IMG/VR virus record: IMGVR_UViG_3300045988_013563
Location: 1-37,126 of that record
Source of the DNA: a virus
Length of the DNA: 37,126 nt
Direction: 5' to 3' (one strand)
Within the stretch, counting starts at the first letter, position 1; each line of letters opens with the position of its first letter. Positions 32,558 to 37,126 of the stretch are shown in pieces. A model generated the notes under the pieces. That model saw only the letters and a program-made list of their open reading frames with translations, was not told where the DNA came from and searched no databases. A program made the translations under genes and the position numbers.

Positions 32558-35122
32558 ATGAGTGGTGGATTCGGTGGTGCCGTCAAGCTAACCGGTGAAT
32601 CCAGCTATCGCGCGGCGTTGGCGCGTATCTCGCAGAATCTTCGTGAAGTCGGTTCCGAAATGAAGGTTGTCAGCTCCCAGTATGCAAAGAGCGACAATTC
32701 GCAGGCGGCGTTGACGGCACGGACTGAAGCGCTGAATAACAAGATGGCTGTGCAGAAGGAAAAGCTTAGTGCCCTTAATGCGCAGTATCGCGCCATGAGT
32801 GCGCAGTACACTGCGAACAATACGAAGCATAAGGAGCTTGTCGCAAGCTATGATGCTGAGAAGCAGAAGCTGGCGCAGATCGAAGCGACGCTTGGCAAAA
32901 CATCACCTGAGTATCAGGCGCAGGCGAAAGTCGTGGCGAATCTAGCTCGTGATGTGGATAAGTCTTCGGCTGCTGTCAATGCCAATGAGATCGCCATGAG
33001 CAAGATGCGCACGCAGATGAATAATGCTCAGGCGGATATCAACAAGACGGATAGTGAGATCAAGAGCTTGTCGCCTGATATGGATAAGGCGGGCAAGGCT
33101 GCTAGTGAGCTTGGCGGGGAAGCTGCTAAGAGTGGTAGGCAGGCGCAGGAAGCTAGCGGCGGGTATACCGTCTTCAAGAATGTGCTGGCGAATCTTGCGA
33201 CGAGTGCGATTGGTGCCGCCGTCAATGGGCTTAAGCAGCTTGGTTCCGCTGTCCTGAATGTCGGCAAGCAGGCTATCGAGGCTTACTCGCAGAATGAGCA
33301 GCTCGTCGGTGGCGTGCAGACGCTTTTCAAGGATTCCGCTGGGATCGTGCAGGATTACGCGAATAACGCCTATAAGGCGGCTGGCATGAGCGCTAACGAG
33401 TACATGAATACCGTCACGGGCTTTTCAGCGTCGCTGATCCAGTCGCTTGGTGGTGACACGAAGGCGGCTGCTGAGCTTGGTAATACAGCCGTGCAGGATA
33501 TGTCCGATAATGCTAACAAGATGGGCACGGATATTGAGAGTATCCAGCAGACATACCAGAGCTTGGCTCGTGGCAATTACGCTATGCTTGACAATTTGAA
33601 GCTCGGCTATGGTGGTACGAAGTCTGAGATGGAGCGTCTCATGGCGGACGCTGAGAAGCTGACCGGCGAGCACTACACGATAGGTGATTTTGGCGATACG
33701 GTGAAGGCTATCCATGCCGTGCAGACGCAAATGGGCATCACCGGCACGACGGCCAAGGAAGCGTCCACGACCATCGAAGGCTCGATGAACGCCATGAAGG
33801 CTAGCTGGCAGAATCTTCTCGCCGGGATGTCCGATAGTGGCGCGAATATGGACGGCTTAATCAACAATCTTGTTGATTCGGTCAATACTTTCGCGTCGAA
33901 TATCATGCCGCGCATCGCGCCTTTGATTAACGGCATGGTGCAGTCTGCCGTGCAATTGCTGCCACAAGCCGTGAACATGATCACGACGCAATTGTTGCCG
34001 CTTATCACGGCTCAGGTACCGAATATCGTCAATGGCCTGTCTCAGGTGGTGCAGGCGATTGTCGCGGCACTCCCGCAGATCATGAGTGCGTTGACTGCCG
34101 CCTTGCCGCAGATCGTGCAAGCAATCCTCACGCTCTTGCCTCAACTGCTTGATGCTGGTATGCAGATGCTGACGATGCTGATTCAGGGCTTTGCTCAGGC
34201 GCTGCCGCAACTGATTACGATGTTGCCGACGATTGTTCGGCAGATCGTGGACGTGATTTTGCAGAATCTGCCGCTGATATTGCAGGCTGGCATGGAGTTG
34301 CTTATGGGGCTTGCGCAGGGTTTGATTCAGGCGCTGCCAGAGCTTATCCAGATGCTTCCCGGTATCGTCATGCAGATAACGGACACTCTGCTGGATAATC
34401 TGCCTTTGCTTATCACTGCCGGTATTCAGATTCTGGTTGCCTTGATCCAAGGCATTACTCAGGCTATCCCCCAGCTGATTGCGATGCAACCGAAGATTGT
34501 CATGCAGATCGTGAGCACGCTCAGCGCGCATTTGCCTGAGATCATCAGCACAGGCTTGCAGATGATGGTACAGCTTGCTGCTGGAATCATAAGCGGTATC
34601 GGCAATGTCGTGAGCGGTGCTAGAAACGTCGCGCGAAATATCGTCAGCGCGTTGCGTGAAGCTCCCGGCCAAGTGATTAGCATCGGCAAGAATATAGTCA
34701 CTGGCGTTTGGGAAGGCATCAGCAGCTCGATTGGCTGGCTGCGCGATAAGGTCAGCGGCTGGGTCTCCGGGATCATGCAGGACATCAAGGGCTTCTTCGG
34801 AATCCACTCGCCTTCCCGCTTAATGCGCGATGAAGTCGGCAAGTATCTGGCTGAGGGTATCGGGGTCGGCTTCGAGGACGAGATGGGCAATGTGTCTAAG
34901 CAGATGATTGATGCAATGCCTAGCACTGATGCTTTCGCACAGACGTACGATCTGGGTGGTGTTTCAGCGGCTCAGGCGGCTTCCAATGGCTACGGCTACA
35001 ATGCACAGGCTAATATCGTGGACGCTATCGTGGACGCATTGCAAAATGTTCGCGTGGTGCTTGATGACGAAGTCGCGGGACGATTCGTGACCAAGACTGT
35101 CGCAGCCGCTATCTACAGATAG
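32558..35122 (+). CDS. Tape measure protein
   Basis: 854 aa. N-terminal coiled coil, a central domain, hydrophobic 44-aa repeats, and the conserved C-terminal FGIHSPSRLMRDEVGKYLAEGIGVGF. Confidence 0.95.
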   Translation: MSGGFGGAVKLTGESSYRAALARISQNLREVGSEMKVVSSQYAKSDNSQAALTARTEALNNKMAVQKEKLSALNAQYRAMSAQYTANNTKHKELVASYDAEKQKLAQIEATLGKTSPEYQAQAKVVANLARDVDKSSAAVNANEIAMSKMRTQMNNAQADINKTDSEIKSLSPDMDKAGKAASELGGEAAKSGRQAQEASGGYTVFKNVLANLATSAIGAAVNGLKQLGSAVLNVGKQAIEAYSQNEQLVGGVQTLFKDSAGIVQDYANNAYKAAGMSANEYMNTVTGFSASLIQSLGGDTKAAAELGNTAVQDMSDNANKMGTDIESIQQTYQSLARGNYAMLDNLKLGYGGTKSEMERLMADAEKLTGEHYTIGDFGDTVKAIHAVQTQMGITGTTAKEASTTIEGSMNAMKASWQNLLAGMSDSGANMDGLINNLVDSVNTFASNIMPRIAPLINGMVQSAVQLLPQAVNMITTQLLPLITAQVPNIVNGLSQVVQAIVAALPQIMSALTAALPQIVQAILTLLPQLLDAGMQMLTMLIQGFAQALPQLITMLPTIVRQIVDVILQNLPLILQAGMELLMGLAQGLIQALPELIQMLPGIVMQITDTLLDNLPLLITAGIQILVALIQGITQAIPQLIAMQPKIVMQIVSTLSAHLPEIISTGLQMMVQLAAGIISGIGNVVSGARNVARNIVSALREAPGQVISIGKNIVTGVWEGISSSIGWLRDKVSGWVSGIMQDIKGFFGIHSPSRLMRDEVGKYLAEGIGVGFEDEMGNVSKQMIDAMPSTDAFAQTYDLGGVSAAQAASNGYGYNAQANIVDAIVDALQNVRVVLDDEVAGRFVTKTVAAAIYR
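34067..34594 (+). repeat. Four tandem 132-nt (44-aa) degenerate repeats within the tape measure gene
   Basis: Units start at 34067, 34199, 34331 and 34463. Each begins A(L/I)P(Q/E)(I/L)... and ends ...(I/A)QG(F/L/I)xQ. Confidence 0.8.
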
Positions 35123-35140
35123 GTTAGGAGGTTTGAAATT

Positions 35141-35863
35141 ATGAAAAGTTTCGGCTATCAGCGTCCTTGGGTGCTGATCAACGACATGCCTTCGTATGGC
35201 GTGGACGGATTGATTATCACGTCACTGCCGCCGATCACCAAGCCGAAAATGCGGTATTCGAGCGAGGAAATCGACGGGCGCGACGGTGATATCATCACCA
35301 CGCTTGGCTATCAGTCTTACGACAAGACGGTAAGCATCGGTCTACACGGCGACTTCGATATCGATAAGGTGGTGGAGTTCTTCGCCACTAGCGGAACTAT
35401 CACATTCAGCAATGAGCCTGATAAAGTGTACCGATTCCAGCAGCTTGAAAACATTGATTTTGAGCGGCTTGTGCGGTATCGGACGGCTAACGTCAGCCTG
35501 CACGTCCAGCCTTTTAAGACTGGCAGGCTCCAGCGCCCTAAAGTCTTCAGCAGTGCTGACGCTCAAGCGGTTGTGACTAATGCCGGTAATGTGGTGGCGG
35601 CTCCGAAGCTCACGATTAAGGCTAGCGGCAATATCGGGCTGTATCTCGATGGCTCGCAGGTCTTGCAGGTAGCCAACACGGGCGATTACACGCTTGTGAT
35701 CGATGTGGCCAATCTGGAAGCGTCCACACCTGAAGGCGTATTGATGAACCGCCATATTACCGGCGACTATCAGCAGCTGGCGCTTTCGCCGGGCAAACAT
35801 TCGATAAAATGGAGTGGGAGCGTGGAGTCTCTCACCATCGAAGACTATTCACGATGGATTTAG
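35141..35863 (+). CDS. Distal tail protein (Dit)
   Basis: Position right after the tape measure. [28 protein letters not shown]...[15 protein letters not shown] is the siphovirus Dit pattern. Confidence 0.85.
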   Translation: MKSFGYQRPWVLINDMPSYGVDGLIITSLPPITKPKMRYSSEEIDGRDGDIITTLGYQSYDKTVSIGLHGDFDIDKVVEFFATSGTITFSNEPDKVYRFQQLENIDFERLVRYRTANVSLHVQPFKTGRLQRPKVFSSADAQAVVTNAGNVVAAPKLTIKASGNIGLYLDGSQVLQVANTGDYTLVIDVANLEASTPEGVLMNRHITGDYQQLALSPGKHSIKWSGSVESLTIEDYSRWI

Positions 35864-35874
35864 GAGGATTGATT

Positions 35875-37126
35875 ATGGCTGTAATTACCCAAAATTACGA
35901 CATTGATTTGAAGGCTACCGGCGAGCGTCCGGTAGTGAAAATGAGTCAGTTTGATACCGGCTCACGTACTATCGTGTTCACGGTCTATGATGGTCACGAG
36001 TTGGCGCAGATTGACGGCATGGTGGCTCGTGTCGATGGTACTCGGGCTGATGACGTGGGGTTCTCCCGCACTTGCACTGTGGGCACCGGTAGCAAGGTGA
36101 GCTTCACCATCTCGCAGGAGATGACCAATGTCGCGGGCAAACACACGGCGGAATTGGTGATTCTCGACGAGGATGGGAACCCTATCGGCACGCAGAATTT
36201 CATCATTGAGGTGGAAGCGGCCAGTATGCGACGTGATTCGGCGGCTAGCGCTGATGACCGCACGCTTTACGATCAATACACTGACAGCGTGGAGAAGAAG
36301 TTTTCAAAGCTTTCCGCGTCGCTGACCGCCAAGGCTGATGCTATGCACAAAACCGCGGAGGATATCAGCGGGCTTGTCGGCGCGAGCAGCAAACCGACCA
36401 CGATCTACAGCGAGGATGTCACTCTTAACAGCGTGGACACTATCCACGTGCGACTGACATATGACCCGCTGACCGCGCTTGTCCACGCTCACGCATACGG
36501 CTCTCTTACCCTCAGCACCAGAAACGATCAGACATACAGTCTATGCAAAATCGATAAACAATATTGCCCGGACAAGGAACTTTTCGACTATACTTCCGGC
36601 AGCGGCACTGGATACTACAGGATTTCGACGGACAACATGAATGGGGTTGCCTCCGGTGACACGTCGGAAACATCGGATTGCCAGAATTTTTACATCCAGA
36701 GAGAAGACGGCGTGTGCACTCTGCGATTCCATCGCAGCAAGCTACCTGACCATGCGGCTACCTACGAGCTTTCGCTGAATGCCGTCTGGTATGCTAGCGG
36801 CGGCAAGTATATTGGCGTCACGTCTATCGGCACTGGCGGTAATACGCTGAAGATTGGTAAGACCACGACGGGTGCGCCGGGTACGCAGGCTAGCGTCGTG
36901 AATTCCGGGACGGCTAAGGATGTTGTGCTTGCCTTCACTATCCCTAAGGGTGATACTGGTCCTAAGGGTGATACTGGTCCTCAGGGTGCTACTGGTCCTC
37001 AGGGTGCTACTGGTCCTAAGGGTGATACTGGTCCTAAGGGTGATACTGGTCCTCAGGGTGTTAAGGGTGCTACTGGTCCTCAGGGCCCTCAGGGTGTTAA
37101 GGGTGCTACTGGTCCTCAGGGCCCTC
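35875..37126 (+). CDS. Tail fibre, N-terminal portion (BppU_N-like baseplate anchor, central domain, start of collagen tract); 3' partial, continues at base 95/1
   Basis: ATG 35875 follows [48 protein letters not shown]...[28 protein letters not shown] is BppU_N-like. No stop occurs before the window end. Not in the ORF track. Confidence 0.85.
   Translation, partial: MAVITQNYDIDLKATGERPVVKMSQFDTGSRTIVFTVYDGHELAQIDGMVARVDGTRADDVGFSRTCTVGTGSKVSFTISQEMTNVAGKHTAELVILDEDGNPIGTQNFIIEVEAASMRRDSAASADDRTLYDQYTDSVEKKFSKLSASLTAKADAMHKTAEDISGLVGASSKPTTIYSEDVTLNSVDTIHVRLTYDPLTALVHAHAYGSLTLSTRNDQTYSLCKIDKQYCPDKELFDYTSGSGTGYYRISTDNMNGVASGDTSETSDCQNFYIQREDGVCTLRFHRSKLPDHAATYELSLNAVWYASGGKYIGVTSIGTGGNTLKIGKTTTGAPGTQASVVNSGTAKDVVLAFTIPKGDTGPKGDTGPQGATGPQGATGPKGDTGPKGDTGPQGVKGATGPQGPQGVKGATGPQGP
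36943..37126 (+). repeat. Collagen-like Gly-X-Y coding repeats (PKGDTG / PQGATG / [12 protein letters not shown] units)
   Basis: 18-nt units cctaagggtgatactggt and cctcagggtgctactggt are each duplicated, and the 36-nt unit seen at the window start then follows. Confidence 0.95.
37033..37126 (+). repeat. Terminal direct overlap: identical to bases 1..94 (circular closure signature)
   Basis: Base-by-base comparison of 37033..37126 with 1..94 shows no mismatch. The overlap preserves the fibre reading frame. Confidence 0.9.

Noticed and set aside
33857-34807. 316-aa minus-strand ORF (and 34459..34926) antisense to the tape measure gene
   Set aside because: The repetitive His/Arg/Gln-rich product mirrors the 132-nt TMP repeats. 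It has no start context, and the + strand gene is clearly real.

Overview
The window reads as a complete, circularly closed genome of a temperate siphovirus. Bases 1..94 are identical to 37033..37126, which gives about 37,032 nt of unique sequence. The phage has HK97-type head genes and probably infects a Gram-positive host, judging from AGGAGG-type RBSs, a GH25/LysM endolysin and a large serine integrase. No host flanking genes are present.

Gene order on the + strand:
- Late operon: a terminase-associated HNH (22645), a ParB-like/methyltransferase fusion, TerS, TerL, portal, prohead protease and major capsid protein, followed by connector and completion proteins and the major tail protein. 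Next come the G/G-T tail chaperone with an A_AAA_AAC -1 frameshift, the tape measure protein and Dit.
- Across the contig junction: a BppU_N/collagen-like fibre, a free-standing HNH homing endonuclease, the endolysin, and a convergent 52-aa membrane-protein moron with its own promoter. These are followed by Tal, a tail-collar receptor-binding protein and an attP-like palindrome.
- Lysogeny: serine integrase and XRE repressor on the - strand, then a divergent genetic switch.
- Early genes: Gp157-like protein, HNH HEG, ERF, SSB, dUTPase, GIY-YIG HEG, DUF1064, replisome organiser, DnaC-like loader and a sigma-r4-like regulator.
- Accessory region: a stand-alone tRNA-Trp unit, then a pentapeptide-repeat protein, a DivIVA miniprotein and many tiny coupled ORFs. 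After these come MazG-like, PD-(D/E)XK and YqaJ nuclease genes, an HNH gene, membrane peptides and a Dp-1-like holin.

Most interesting observations:
1. A promoter-bounded pentapeptide-repeat/DivIVA/small-ORF/HTH operon that looks like a candidate anti-defence or host-takeover module.
2. A conserved promoter block (ATAGGTGTATAGT) that ties the moron, the cro gene and two accessory operons into one regulon.
3. A fibre head-domain cassette flanked by direct repeats, next to a homing endonuclease.
4. Broken Dit-Tal synteny, with the holin unlinked from the endolysin.
5. A 420-nt gene-free, structure-rich region ahead of the late operon.

All family names are recognised by eye from motifs and need HMM confirmation.
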